Positions 37,460 to 49,792 of a DNA stretch of 64,000 nucleotides are shown in pieces. The DNA is from Patellaria atrata CBS 101060 (lineage: Eukaryota): positions 696,666 to 760,665 of the forward strand of contig MU006098.1 in assembly GCA_010093705.1 (NCBI GenBank), in the 5' to 3' direction. The stretch's first letter is position 1, and every line of letters starts with the position of its first letter. A model generated the notes under the pieces. It searched no databases and was not told the DNA's origin. It saw only the letters and a list, made by a program, of their open reading frames with translations. The translations under genes were made by a program, and so were the position numbers.

Positions 37460-38211
37460 TGTGTATTGCTGAGGAGTGTCCTGGATATATATATGCGTTA
37501 TTAATCATCGATCTTAATCTCTATGAGGTGAGTATTAAGAGAGTTGCTGCACTGTGAAATATTTGAGCAAGTGACGGTATGTTGTCATGCCTTAGGTTGT
37601 GAACAGGAGCGCGTAAGTTCCGCAAACGACGTCACACCCACACGGGGAAGGAACGTGTTCTGTGTGGAAGTAACTCCGAAGTACCTCAGCACTTCCATCG
37701 CTATTTTATCCGAGAGAAGTAGGTACCTCCCCTCCTAATTGTACCTCAGCTGTACATCCCTCGTGACAGACCTTAGCCCTTTTTATATAATAAGCGCTCG
37801 GGCAGCCATCGTTCGTACTGTACCTTACTACTATAAGATATTGTAGGGCTGATGCGGGCGAAGTGCAGATAAGGTGCAGTTGTAATATGCATCCAAGAGG
37901 CGTAACTGCAACGAACACACAGCCTGAATTGTTAAGCAGGACGATCTTAAAAGCTACATTGAAGATCTCAGAGGTGCTGAAAAAAGAGAGTACCTGTTTT
38001 AAGGGGTACTGTACAGTACTGTACGAGTGCACAAAGGTCTATTAATAACAAGAAAGTAAGAAGAAAAATTGCCGCCAAATGCACGTGCTCCTGGGTTATA
38101 TAGTAACCAAGAACGAGAACCCCAAAAACAGAAAACTTTCGTAAATGATGCATAGGTAGAACAATCACAAGCATTAGTATTCAAGGAGGGGAAAAAAGCA
38201 CTTTATGCATG

Positions 38212-39228
38212 TCATAAACTCTTCTCCACCTCCATTACTTCCCTGATACCCTCCGCAACAGAGTCGACCTGTTCTTGAGAGAGCTTCTTCAGAGGACGTC
38301 TTGGATAACCTCCATATCCGTAGTACGATTGAATGGCCGACTTGGTACCTGGAATGGCAGCTTTGGTCAATACCCAGTCGCCTTTGCTGAGTACCTTTTG
38401 TAGAGCCAAAGCTTCTTCATATTTCCCTTCTGCCCATAGGTTCCACACCTTGACGCACGTCTTTGGAATAACATTAGCACCCCCTGCAATGATCCCTGAT
38501 CCCCCGCTTGCCGCGGTCTGCGCCGTGAAATCTGCCATTCCTCCAAACGCCATGTATCCGCTTCCCTCGCTCTTCGAAGTCAGCGCGTTCGTCGCTAAAG
38601 CAACACGCGTGAGTTTTCCAGTGTTTCCGCATGTGAATTTTGTCCCGACGATGTTTTTATGCTTGGCCAGTTTGATGATAAAGTCACTGTCCATGTCGAT
38701 GCCTGCAACAGCTCCAGGGTAGTTGTATAGGATGAGAGGTAGAGGTGACTCTTCTGCTACGGCAGTGAAGTATTCATATAAAGCTGCTTCATCCATGGCA
38801 TAACGGTAATAACTGGGTGGCACGAGTAGGGCATATTCACCCCCTGCTTCGTATTGCTCTTTGCACAAGTCAATGGTTCCCCTGATGCTCTGTTCACTGG
38901 TACCAACAATGACAGGAACATTGGTAAAGCCAGCTTCATCTAGAGCTTCTCGCGTCGCTCGAGTGACAGCTTTCTTCTCATCCCGGGTGAGATGTACAGC
39001 TTCACCATTTGAGCCCATGGTCACGAGACCTACGAGTCCGGCTTCTGCTAGACGAACAGCATGCCTTCGGATGCTAGGGATGTCGAGGTCTTCCGTTTCG
39101 GGATCGAAAAAGGTCATTGTAGGAGAGTAGATTCCATCTCGTAGAGGTCGACGCGACCTTTCGCTTGCGGACGCGATATTAGACTCAGCCCCATCCACGT
39201 CGCCATTTACAAAAGCATTCGGTGTCAT
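38212..39228 (-). CDS. gaaC: L-threo-3-deoxy-hexulosonate (2-keto-3-deoxy-L-galactonate) aldolase, DHDPS family
   Basis: GIYSPTMTFF, MGSNGEAVHL, LYNYPGAVAGIDMDSD, IVGTKFTCGNTGKLTR (Schiff-base Lys); divergent from gaaA. Confidence 0.88.
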   Translation of the reverse strand: MTPNAFVNGDVDGAESNIASASERSRRPLRDGIYSPTMTFFDPETEDLDIPSIRRHAVRLAEAGLVGLVTMGSNGEAVHLTRDEKKAVTRATREALDEAGFTNVPVIVGTSEQSIRGTIDLCKEQYEAGGEYALLVPPSYYRYAMDEAALYEYFTAVAEESPLPLILYNYPGAVAGIDMDSDFIIKLAKHKNIVGTKFTCGNTGKLTRVALATNALTSKSEGSGYMAFGGMADFTAQTAASGGSGIIAGGANVIPKTCVKVWNLWAEGKYEEALALQKVLSKGDWVLTKAAIPGTKSAIQSYYGYGGYPRRPLKKLSQEQVDSVAEGIREVMEVEKSL

Positions 39229-40363
39229 TGAGAAAGATGCTGCCGGTATGTCAAAGTTGAGGAGCAAGAGAGAAGCAGCGGGGAATAAGGAAACGCAAGT
39301 GAGATAGGAAGATAACAAGTAGGAGAGAGGCGCATCTTAAAAGCGCGTTGTCTGTTGTCAGCTTAATATACTTCGTAATAGGGACGACATCAGGTCAATC
39401 GGTATTGGTCGACTCTGACTAACCCGAAGCCGATAGTAAATCCCACTCTAGGCTTCATAATTCCTCTTCGCCTACGGATAGACTTTGATTGGAGAATTTC
39501 AGTGTCAACAGGTGTCGTGAGAGGGTCATTGTATCTGGCAAGTGCATATACTTTGCGCTTGCAGTGACCTAGCTTCCACGAGGTATCGGTTTGTGGGGAG
39601 TGATACATGGAAGTACTTTGCTTTTGCGGATTACGGACAGGAGCCAGAACTATGCTGGTAGAAGGCGCAGTGCGGGATATGTTCGAGGTACGGCATTCAA
39701 TATGGACTGTTTTTGGGCCTGTTCCTGAGGGGTGGCGGCGACGTCTTGTTACCTTACCTTACTCTTGTATGGGCCTGGCTTACTATGACAAGCATAGTTG
39801 ACTTGGGATTGAAGATATTCCCAAATATTCCCCAAATATTTCCACCAGACAAAGGGAGTTCGGTCTGCGGGGTAAAGAAGTTCCACGAATGAAAGTACGA
39901 CTTGGACGTGGGGTGTATAGATCCTCTTACGAGTGCGGCTTGTACAGTACAAGTACTTTTACTCACACACAACAGAAAAGCTGACAGAAGTCGAGAAATC
40001 TATCAAAAGAAACATAAAACTTACCTTTTGCCAAGTCTATTCTCTGGGAAATGTAACTTGCAAAGCATGGGCAAAATCCAATCTTTGCATGTCCCTGCAG
40101 AGAGCTTGAAATTATTTGCTGGGCGGTGGGGTACTCACGGTATCTGATCAACAGCTTCCGGCTGATTGAAACTGCGATGAAGATGCATTTTCCCGATGTA
40201 TGTAGATCAGACGTTAATTGAATGTCGCAAGACTCGAACCTCGTCGCGTCGTGTTTCTTGAAAATCTCGCGGCTTTTGAAGTTTTGTGGAATTAGAAAGA
40301 TCTTAACTTAGGGACAACAATAATTGACTAACCCATAAAGCCATAACCTCGGAGAAAGACATC

Positions 40364-41713
40364 ATGGCGCCGCTCAATGTGTTGATGGTGAGTTGGAGCT
40401 CCAAAAAAAGAGTTAACCGAGGTAACTGACATCAGAGCAGGTTGGGACTGGTGAGTACACCACGGGTTGGGTTGGTACTGGAGGTTCGCAATCAGACAAG
40501 AAGGTCGGCGTTGTAGGTTTGACGTTGTTCGATTTGAGAAGACGAGGAAAGGTGGGAAAGTTGAGTATGGTAGGAACCAACGGGACCAAATACCCAGCAA
40601 TCCGAGAACATCTTCAAAAGAACATATCTGGAGCATACAACGGTCTCGATGTATCCTTTGAGTCATTCCCTGCAGACGACAAGCGTGATCCGGACGCGTA
40701 CAAGGCAGCAATCGATGCTCTCTCACCCGGTGATGCCATCACAATCTTCACACCCGATACCACACACTATCCCATCGCACTGTATGCCATTCAAAGGAAG
40801 ATCCATGTCTTGGTGACTAAACCAGCCGTGAAGGAGCTAGCTCACCATCAAGAGCTTCTTGATGAAGCTAAGAAGCATGGCGTAGTGGTATATGTCGAGC
40901 ACCACAAGCGTTTCGACCCTGCGTATGCGGACGCACGATTTAAGGCGAAGAACTTGGGCGACTTCAACTATTTCTACAGCTACATGAGCCAGCCGAAGAG
41001 CCAGTTAGAGACGTTCAAGGCCTGGGCGGGCGTGGATAGCGACATCTCTTATTACCTCAACTCTCATCATGTGGATATCTGTGAGTCCATGGTCCCTGAT
41101 TTCAAGCCGGTAAAGGTCACGGCCAGCGCTGCCAAAGGGATAGCAACAGACTTGGGGTGTGATCCTGCTACGGAAGATACCATCACACTTCTGGTGAACT
41201 GGGAGAAGAAAGGAGATCCGAGCAAGGTCGCGACTGGTGTATATACGGCAAGTTGGACTGCACCACAGAAAGCTGGTGTACACTCAAATCAGTACTTTCA
41301 TTATATGGCCAGCAAGGGCGAGATCAGGACAAACCAAGCAAAGCGTGGATATGATGTGACAGACGATGAAGGTGGCCTGGCTTGGTACAATCCGTAAGTG
41401 ACCCTAGGAATGGTCTTCGAAAAAACGGTTTTAACAATTCGTCCATAGCTTCTACATGAAGTACGCTCCAGATGAGGAAGGTAACTTCGCAGGCCAGAGT
41501 GGGTATGGCTACATCTCCTTCGAGAAGTTTGTAGATGCTGTCACTGCCGTTAAAGAAGGTAGAGCATCGCTGGGCGATCTGGATAAGCGCGGGCTCCCGA
41601 CATTGAGAAACACAATCGCCACAGGGGCCATTCTGCACGCTGGTCGTGTCTCTCTTGATGAAAAGAGGACAGTAGATATAGTCGAAAAAGATGGACGCTG
41701 GTCATTAAAATGA
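40364..41713 (+). CDS. gaaA: D-galacturonate reductase (Gfo/Idh/MocA oxidoreductase)
   Basis: MAPLNVLM|VGTGEYTTG, SDKKVGVVGLTLFDLRRRGKV, VEHHKRFDPAY, SDISYYLNSHH, GYGYISFEKF. Introns 40388-40440 and 41394-41448. Confidence 0.92.
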
Positions 41714-43256
41714 GCCCTCGAAGCTGGGTACAAAGTTGTATTTGTATGTTATCGGAGCTTAGATTGCCTGAATGGATCGGGAATCTTCCTTTAGGACGGC
41801 TTTTCTGATCATTCTTAATGAAGATTCTGACTTGACTGTACAGACCATCGGTTATTTGTTGTAAGTCCAGTTTTGTGGGGTTGTCATTTGTGTTGTCTGT
41901 AATGTATGAAGTACAGCCAGCAAGAGAAATGATAACCGCGAAGATGGTTTTGATATGCATCGCTGCTTAAAGGAGCTACAGTATACCTAATTGTACAGAG
42001 TCTAAATTGTAAGTGGAATCCAGCCATCTAACCTAAATCAGACTAGACCATCGCTTAGGCACAAAGATTTTATCCTCGTCGGGCACGCCGAGAAGTATTC
42101 CCTAATTTCCCTCATCTCCCTCCCGTTCCACTTAAATGACATGAATTGCTGGAGATGATTGAAAAATTCCTGTTAACCCACGATATCACAGAAGCGACGA
42201 CGACAATCCAGACGATTTACTTACAGTCCTTCGTACGCATGCAAAAGATCACTTCTAGAATCATGAGTTGAGCGACGTCTGCACGTCTTCGCAGCCAGCC
42301 AAAGCTTTGCAAATCCCTAGATCCGACAGTGTGTTTGGCATCCTGGCGGTCTAGGGTTTACGGGTTTACAGAAGTTTGACCCACGTGTTTTAATTTTACG
42401 CGTCCTGTGGTAAGATAGTTTTATACAGTACAAGCTTCCCTGTTGACTCCTGAACTAATGATACAAAGAGGGCTTTATCGGAAACAGCGTTTCTCCAACG
42501 TGGATTCACAGTTCGAATAACGCATCTGCAGCAGTTTATCAACGTCTTTGAAGGACCCCAAAAATGGTCTCAGGTGTCAAAGTACAGTACCTCGAAAATA
42601 ATGTTTTATGTAATGATTCTAGATCCCATCGAGTTCTCTCCCCTTAACCGGGTACTTGGATAGCTTGGCTGTCGCCTATCCCCGCGCACTGTATCTTCTG
42701 AGTTTGAACGTTCTACGCTTATGCAGGTCTAATGCTAGATTAGGCTTGTTATAGAACCAAGAATAGGTACGTGCTAGAGCGGGACAACCCGCTATTCTTA
42801 ATTTGACGTTAGTCTTGCATAAGCGTGAGGAAGATGAACTTAGAAGATACGAGTACTGCCAAATCGCTTACCCTAGTTCTAGATCCCCTTGTATTGAATA
42901 CTACTAATGGCTGGTCAACCATTTCATTTCTCCTTTGGTAATTCCTTATCCCTCTTCGGAAATCCCTATCGAATGTAGCTGGCTCATCTGGCTGTGCCAT
43001 CTGCTTGAAGCCGCAGCGGCTATACAGAAAACCCCTAAAGTCCCCTTGGGCCTCTTTTCTTAGCACTTGGTATGGACAACAAGGGTGGACTACGTGCAAA
43101 TCTGGCCAAGCCTGGGGGAAAGATCCTGATGCAGTCTTGCTCCATGTAAACTCTAGTTTGATATCTAATAAAAGGGAATATTCATTTGCTTTCATCCTCT
43201 CAATCCATCATCATCATCATCTTCTATTTCGTTCGTGACGAACAAACTTCTGTAAG

Positions 43257-44504
43257 ATGATGAAGTCACTCGTTTCCCTTTTCTATCTCCTAGCATTTGC
43301 TAGTTTTCGCCCATTATCAGTAATGCGGTCCAAAGTCAGCATTCTGTAAAATAATACCACATGTCCAACAAAATGCTTGCTCATCTATAATATGTAGGTC
43401 ATCCATAATAAATCAATCGAAAATCATTAACATTTTTATTATAGCAAGTGAAAGACTTCGAGTATCCACATGCACTGCTCCAGCCGCCACGGTCATAAAG
43501 ACAAGAACAATCATCCTCAAGCCCCGAACAGTGACGGCAAGGGCTACTCGCACTCAAACAAATCTACAGTTAGTGTATCTGGAGTATCATCGTGGTCAAT
43601 ATCAATACTGACTGATTGATAAGAACCAATAAAATCACTATTAGCACAACACTTCCGGAAGAAGAAATAATAACGGAGACAGTCCTCTCTATTATTACAG
43701 TACCCGCCACCGCCACTATTACATAGGATGTTACGCAGTATGATCAGTATTTCCCCAAAAGGTCAATTTGAAGTCTAACATCTTCAAAGGACAAATACTG
43801 TTACCACCACTGTTGGGTTCTAAGGCGAGCGGTGCTTAGTCCAGAGCCTCGTCCCACGAAATCATAACAATATTCCGGAAATCTGCTGTAAGTGATCACA
43901 ACGATTAGAGGATGTTTATAAACCTTCAAGCTGATCCTGACCAGCATGCTTCCTCACCGCTACCAAGGGCTGCCCCGCCAAAACAAAGACCGTCACCCGC
44001 ACACTTCCCACCCCAACTGTAGTAAGGTCCGCGACACTCAGAAACACCGTCACCCGGACAACCGTGCAGACAACCGTTGTCACGGTAACGCTCATCGAAA
44101 CTTCCGTAGTGACACAAGTCGACGTCAACACCCAAACCACCACGGAGACAATTTCCCTCACGCAAACTTCCACGGTGGATACCGTTGAAATTAGGACCGC
44201 ACATCCTTACGACAACGCCTTCCTCTTCCGAGACACCGCGTTATCCAGTCCATCAGTTGCTGACATGCAGAGAATGGAGGTTAATAATGCACGCAATTGC
44301 TGCTTTCGGTGCTATCGGGCGCTCGACTGTGTATTTTACAAGTTGAACGCTGACGAAAATCTTTGTTATGTGTATACCACTATCGTACCTTCTCCGTTCT
44401 GCCCGACGCTATATTGTCCTCTTGGTAAACCCGCTGGAAGGTTGAGCAACGGGGATGGGTTTGTCTATGGCGTTGGACAGCGTGTTTCGTCCTTTACGAG
44501 GTAG
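43257..44504 (+). pseudogene. Pseudogene of a secreted Cys-rich/Thr-rich protein with a C-terminal PAN/Apple-like Cys domain
   Basis: Signal peptide MMKSLVSLFYLLAFA, apparent frameshift near 43303, in-frame stops TAA 43321, TAG 43724 and TAA 43821. Canonical introns remain (e.g. 43888-43944 gives EICSCFLTATKGCP); 3' part encodes NCCFRCYRALDCVFY..CPTLYCPLG. Confidence 0.7.
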
Positions 44505-44804
44505 AGGAGGAGGAGAAGTTGCTTATAAATTTTGTCTACAAGTATGAGCTGAGTAGATAGAAGAGTGTAAAGTGGTTATTGATTGTCTATAGCATGTGGG
44601 TACATGTGGGTCCCCGTGCTATTTTATAGCGCTATCTGGTATACCAGCTATCTAACGAATTTAATAAATAATATCATAGTCTCTTCTTTTCCATTTTAAC
44701 CCATTGAGTGCTTCGCGCCCCAGTAGGTTAAGTATAACAATCACAACATTCGAATGAAGTATTGATACCAAAGGAAGCCACAGCATGTCCACTCACATAG
44801 GTCA

Positions 44805-46216
44805 TTAGCCATAACTTCCTTCGATACCCAGCTTCATCTGCTCACCTAACCCATCGAAGCCATACTGTCCGACTTTGCGGCCCGCAAGCTCATTCGCAAA
44901 CATCAATTTATCGTCAAAGCGCCAATGCTCCGCATGACACGTGAGGCAGTACAACATACCCGCGATGAAAGTATCACCAGCGCCAATGGAACTGTATCTC
45001 GTCAACCTCATCTCGCATACTCTCAAACGCAGAACATACTCTACGACGCGAAAGTCACTCGGCGGATTCCACCGCGCATGACGGTACTCTCCAGACGGCA
45101 ACCCGAGAGCCGCCGCTCCATCCGCACCCCAGGTACAGCAGATCAACGACCTAAGCCAGTCAACACGACAAAGCTCCTTCACGCCAATAACCCGCACCTA
45201 CGCTTTTGGCGTCCGATCCGCTTGCCACCGCAGAAACCCCTCCGGGTCATCAAATCCCTTATCCTGCATATCTCAACGGCTGTCAGTTAGGATAAAACGC
45301 GGGAACGACTCACCTGTGCCCACGCTCGCGAGTAAAACACTACATCTGCTTCCGCCGCCATAGCCTGCAACCCATCCCTTCCGGGCTTCTCGATCTCGAC
45401 GCTGATCCGCGCGTGCGGGAGTCGGTGACGAAGGAGTTTCATGCATTCGAGCGCGATGTTGGGGATCCGGCCCTGGTGGATTCAGCACAGATACAGCCCC
45501 ACACCCAAGGTAGGTCGTAGTAGGAATAGCCAGCACGATAAACACGGGTACCAAGAAAGCTCACATACCTCAAAATGCCACCACACGCCCTCTTTACCGA
45601 TCCCCTTAACCACCCCCTCAAACTCCCTCACCGTCATCTCCTTCCCCATACTTGTGCTCACGATGGTCCTACTCCCCGTCTCCTGACTAACGAGGATGTA
45701 ACTCCTCGGCAGCGGCGCATCTCTCCAGATACAGGAGCCCAGATCGACATTACATCCAGCTTCCTGCGCCGGGAGGGCCCCTGAAATAGGTCCCGGCTCG
45801 ACACCTGCATGGGAATTGAAACTGTTTTGCGCAAGGTAGAAGTCGGGGTGGTCTGGTTCGGGCATCGGAGAGCATAGCGTTGGTAGGAACGGAGGGGAGA
45901 CGTGGAAGGCGAGTAGTTGCGCGAGGACGGAGAGGGTGTTAGGACCGTTGCCGCCGCGGCGGGTGGTGCTGGAATGGGCGCGGAGTTTGGAGTCTTCGGT
46001 GGGGTAGTGGGGGAGGCTTGGGGGAGGGAGCGGTTAGTTCAAGGTGAGGGAGGGGAGAGGTAAAAAAGGAGGGATATGAAAAAGGGGTTACTGAAAAGGG
46101 GTACGGGGAAAGGGGGTGTGTATGGGTATACGGGAAGGGATGGTACGGTGTGGTATGGCTTACTTGAGAATTATATCGATGTACGTGGCGCCGACGGTGA
46201 TGATGCGTTTGACCAT
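44805..46216 (-). CDS. PfkB/ribokinase-family carbohydrate kinase (ketohexokinase-like)
   Basis: MVKRIITVGATYIDIIL, PHYPTEDSKLRA..RRGGNGPNTLSVLAQL, TGSRTIV, WWHFEGR, CTWGADGA, SIGAGDTFIAG; multi-exon. Confidence 0.88.
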
Positions 46217-47128
46217 TTTTGAGTGATGGGGTTGTTTTCAAGGGTTTTTATAGAAAGGTAGACTGCGCCGGCGGTGAAGATTGAGTGATGAACATCTGAA
46301 TTGCTAGATGCACCAGTTGATGTAATGGGGATTAGATAAGCTGCAGAAGTGGGGTACGTTGTGTTCGACCTGGTTGTTCAAAAGATCTCTTGCTGTACTC
46401 GTCGTATACCTGATAATGTACGGCTAGACATTATGAAACCACAAGTCATAAGAGTGCTATATGTACCCTAACGGTACATATACTTTCAAAAAGCTTCTTT
46501 GACTCTGCAATATGTTAAACTGAACTGTAAGTCTGTACCAAAATTATATAATTAATGAATATAAATTCCTACGCAGTGAGTGTCTAGGCGTGTCTAGACA
46601 ATACCCGTATACATCATGGAGCTTCAAGGGGTGGTCCAGATTAGAACTCTGTCGCTAAGTGACAATATATGTCGGAATATTAAATATCGAATACTCGTCT
46701 TACTTTCACTGATACACTGAGCCCTTATTGTCATGACAAGTTGCTCTCCAAATCCATCTATGGCTAGCTCAGGTATTGGGAGACTGGCGAGACAGAGGTG
46801 GGCGTTTTATTTGCTTGTAGAGGGGGTGAAATGTGGTGGGAATATTTTATGCAGCTGTTGAAAGTATGGACTTGGTCTTTCAAGCGTATACAATGGGAAA
46901 CGAGTATTAGGTATTAATAGGTATCGGAACATCTCATAATTGACTGTAAGAAAAGCGTCACAAAACAATGATTGTACCGAAAGCAGATGAAATTAGCGAA
47001 TATTACGCGACTCAATTAGAGACAAGGTGTATCTGAGTGATGTGGATGTCCGCCTTAGACATAATGACTGAGGACGACCATGACAAAGCATATGCCATTA
47101 TTAATAGAATGTTGACTTTGAAACTTAC

Positions 47129-48211
47129 TCAATGTGTTGTGACGAGCGCATTGATTACCCTTGCGTAAGTATCCGAGTCATCTTCAACCGCAATAAAGGT
47201 GGTAGCACAACCTGCGCCCAACCCGACAACGTTCTCAGATATAGGGAGTTCATTCCATCTCCCCTTAACATCGTGGGATTCATCAACGGGTATACCGCAA
47301 TTCCCATGCTCACCCCATCCCCACGTAATAACTTTCCCAGTGGAAGTCTTAGCAACAACATGTTCGCTTCCCGCGGCAATCATAGTGAGCTCAGGTAGTT
47401 TTTCAGGAGGTAATTGTCCATGGTCATTCCTACCCCAGCCAAGCAGCTCACCAGATTCCAGGAGAACATAAATATTTCCCCAACTCGCTGCTACGTCCTT
47501 CCACAAGGGCAACTTCTCAGGAGCGCCAGTTTTGATGGAATGTTTGTCTGAACCTATGACTAAGCAAGCGCCCGTTCCAGAAGCGCCCACGATGAATGTG
47601 AAATATTGACCGCAGACTGCTCGAACAGCTTTGAAGGGTATCCCTTCGATTTTCCGGGGTTGCCAGCAATCCACTGCAGGTTCGCCAATTTGGCCCTTTC
47701 GACCGCTTCCCCAGCCATAGACGTCGCCGTTGTCAAGGACGGCAACGGTGTGGGTGATGGAAGATGAAAGGTCGATAATGCTAGAACCTGGAGGCGGAAT
47801 CTCTCGAATAGGATGAAATGCGAAGGACTGTACATCACCGACGCCATGACCCAGTTCTCCTTTCTCCCCTATTCCCCCTGATAACAGCGTGCCGTTGACT
47901 AAGAGAAAAGAAGCTTGCCATGTTGCGCTACATAATTGTACGGCTCCTGCTGAGTGGTCAACTGTCTGAGCAGTGACTAAGGCTATAGATGGCCAGGTTA
48001 TCGTGCCAGGTACATAACCTGTTCCAGTTGTTCGAAGGAGGTTGCCTAGAATCAGTGTATGGTTCCCTCCAGCTGATATGCGGCGAAAATTGGTCTGCTT
48101 TGTGTATTCGGAGAATATAACTGGAGTGGGAATTTCCGTATCCTGACAATCGCCAATACCTAGTTGCCCAGAGCCATTCGAACCGAGAGCATAGAGCTTG
48201 AAGGGGGTCAT
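47129..48211 (-). CDS. ATS1: RCC1-repeat protein, probable Ats1/Kti13 (alpha-tubulin suppressor, Elongator cofactor)
   Basis: LYALGSNGSGQLG, GGNHTL, GWGSGRKGQIG, GWGRNDHGQ, AAGSEHV, WGWGEHGNCG, GAGCATTF. Confidence 0.8.
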   Translation of the reverse strand: MTPFKLYALGSNGSGQLGIGDCQDTEIPTPVIFSEYTKQTNFRRISAGGNHTLILGNLLRTTGTGYVPGTITWPSIALVTAQTVDHSAGAVQLCSATWQASFLLVNGTLLSGGIGEKGELGHGVGDVQSFAFHPIREIPPPGSSIIDLSSSITHTVAVLDNGDVYGWGSGRKGQIGEPAVDCWQPRKIEGIPFKAVRAVCGQYFTFIVGASGTGACLVIGSDKHSIKTGAPEKLPLWKDVAASWGNIYVLLESGELLGWGRNDHGQLPPEKLPELTMIAAGSEHVVAKTSTGKVITWGWGEHGNCGIPVDESHDVKGRWNELPISENVVGLGAGCATTFIAVEDDSDTYARVINALVTTH

Positions 48212-48619
48212 GATATTTTCGAGAGATTCGTAGACTTCATAAAGACATCTCAGTTTAGTTTGGTGCACAGTGGAAAGAATATACTAATTTCTCGGAGATT
48301 CTCGAGATACTCCATATATTGCATGCTGGGCTAAAGGGCTCTGACCTTAAACTTCGACATTGCCTATTTAATAGAAGGGACTATGCATTCACGCAGTTTC
48401 TCTATTATGGTTGTTGTTGTTGTTCGTCGCTGTCGTCTTGGCGGTGATATCGAGCTGGCGGGAGCTTCCGTTGTTCTTGTTGTCCGCCGGGTCGGCAAAA
48501 CCATGCACCCGACATTTAGCGAGAGTCGAAAATCCAGTGTGTGATCTCAACAGCGCAATTGAAGACGACGAACAAGCCGCCGAATACCACAACGACTCTG
48601 TTACAAGACACTACCCATC

Positions 48620-49368
48620 ATGTCTTCAACTCAGAGTGTCCAATGCTTTGGCAAGAAGAAGACCGCAACTGGTACGCTTCTCCGTTTCCTCCTATACCGC
48701 AATCAACCATCACTAACGCCCGCTTCTAGCTGTTGCGCACTGCAAGGTAAATACTCCCTGGGATGCCAGTCGCAATATAGAATTATTGGATGGCCAAAAT
48801 GGACAAGATGCTGATTTAGTGGAAATATACAGGTCGGAAAGGGTCTTGTTAAGGTCAACGGAAAGCCGTTGTCCCTAGTCCAACCTGAGATCCTACGATT
48901 CAAGGTCTACGAACCTATCCTCATCCTCGGTGTTGACAAATTCGGTACGCAGAGGGCTTCAAACGCAATGAACAATTAGATGGAATGGGAATACTGACAG
49001 GGGACAGCAAATGTTGATATCCGCGTCCGAGTTTCCGGTGGTGGTCACACTTCCCAGATCTACGCCATCAGACAGGCGATCGCCAAGTCAATCGTATGCG
49101 TACCCGTTACTTTCTTTCATAACACGCTATGATTTGAACCCTCCCGATACGCTTCGTGAAGTGGGAAGTAGGATCGAGTAAGGAGCTAATGAACCCGTCA
49201 CAGATCGCCTACTACCAAAAATACGTCGATGAGCACTCCAAAAACCAGCTGAAGCAAGCCCTCGTTCAATACGACCGCACACTACTCGTCGCCGATAACA
49301 GACGGTGCGAACCCAAGAAGTTCGGTGGTCCAGGTGCTAGAGCGAGATACCAAAAGTCATACCGTTAA
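48620..49368 (+). CDS. RPS16: 40S ribosomal protein S16 (uS9)
   Basis: [77 protein letters not shown]. Five exons including a 17-nt mini-exon near 48730. Confidence 0.98.
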
Positions 49369-49792
49369 ACCGGGGGCATGGGTTCAGTGGAAGATACAAT
49401 CTGGGAGTGTGGCGGCGCTATCTCAGTGGATACATTGGTGGGTGGTTGACCCGCTGCTTTTGTTAACAATAGCATGAGGTTGCGTCTGCGTGTTTTCTGG
49501 GCTTTGCAGGCGAACGTACGATAAATGGAAAAAAATAATCGGTTCCAGATACGTGTTATGGATTGTGCTGTGATAGCTACAATGTCACCCGGCGGTCATA
49601 TTTATTAACTAATTGTGAAACGCTTTGGACTACTTTTTGGTTCAAGCCCTACACACCGCATGAATGGTATATCGCGCCGCAGTCCTACAAGTAATATTAC
49701 CTTCCCTAAACAAACAACACATGCACGCTAGAACCCAGAAGCCAATTACGGTCTCCTAAAATATCCTCTGCTACATGCCGAAATTGCCTATA

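Noticed and set aside
41550..41960. Minus-strand 136-aa ORF with a signal-peptide-like start overlapping the gaaA 3' end
   Set aside because: No recognisable domain and antisense overlap with a real gene; likely spurious.
43932..43940. Two in-frame TGA codons in the pseudogene region
   Set aside because: They fall inside a canonical intron (43888-43944) and overlap its branch-site sequence, so they are not lesions.
44805..46216. PfkB kinase as part of an extended galacturonate cluster with gaaA/gaaC
   Set aside because: The fungal reductive D-galacturonate pathway has no phosphorylation step, the kinase looks ketohexokinase-like, and a pseudogene separates the loci.
48410..48590. Imperfect inverted repeats (TTGTTCGTCG / CGACGAACAA) between ATS1 and RPS16
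   Set aside because: Best explained by mirror-image low-complexity 5' leader composition at a bidirectional promoter; no coherent ncRNA fold.
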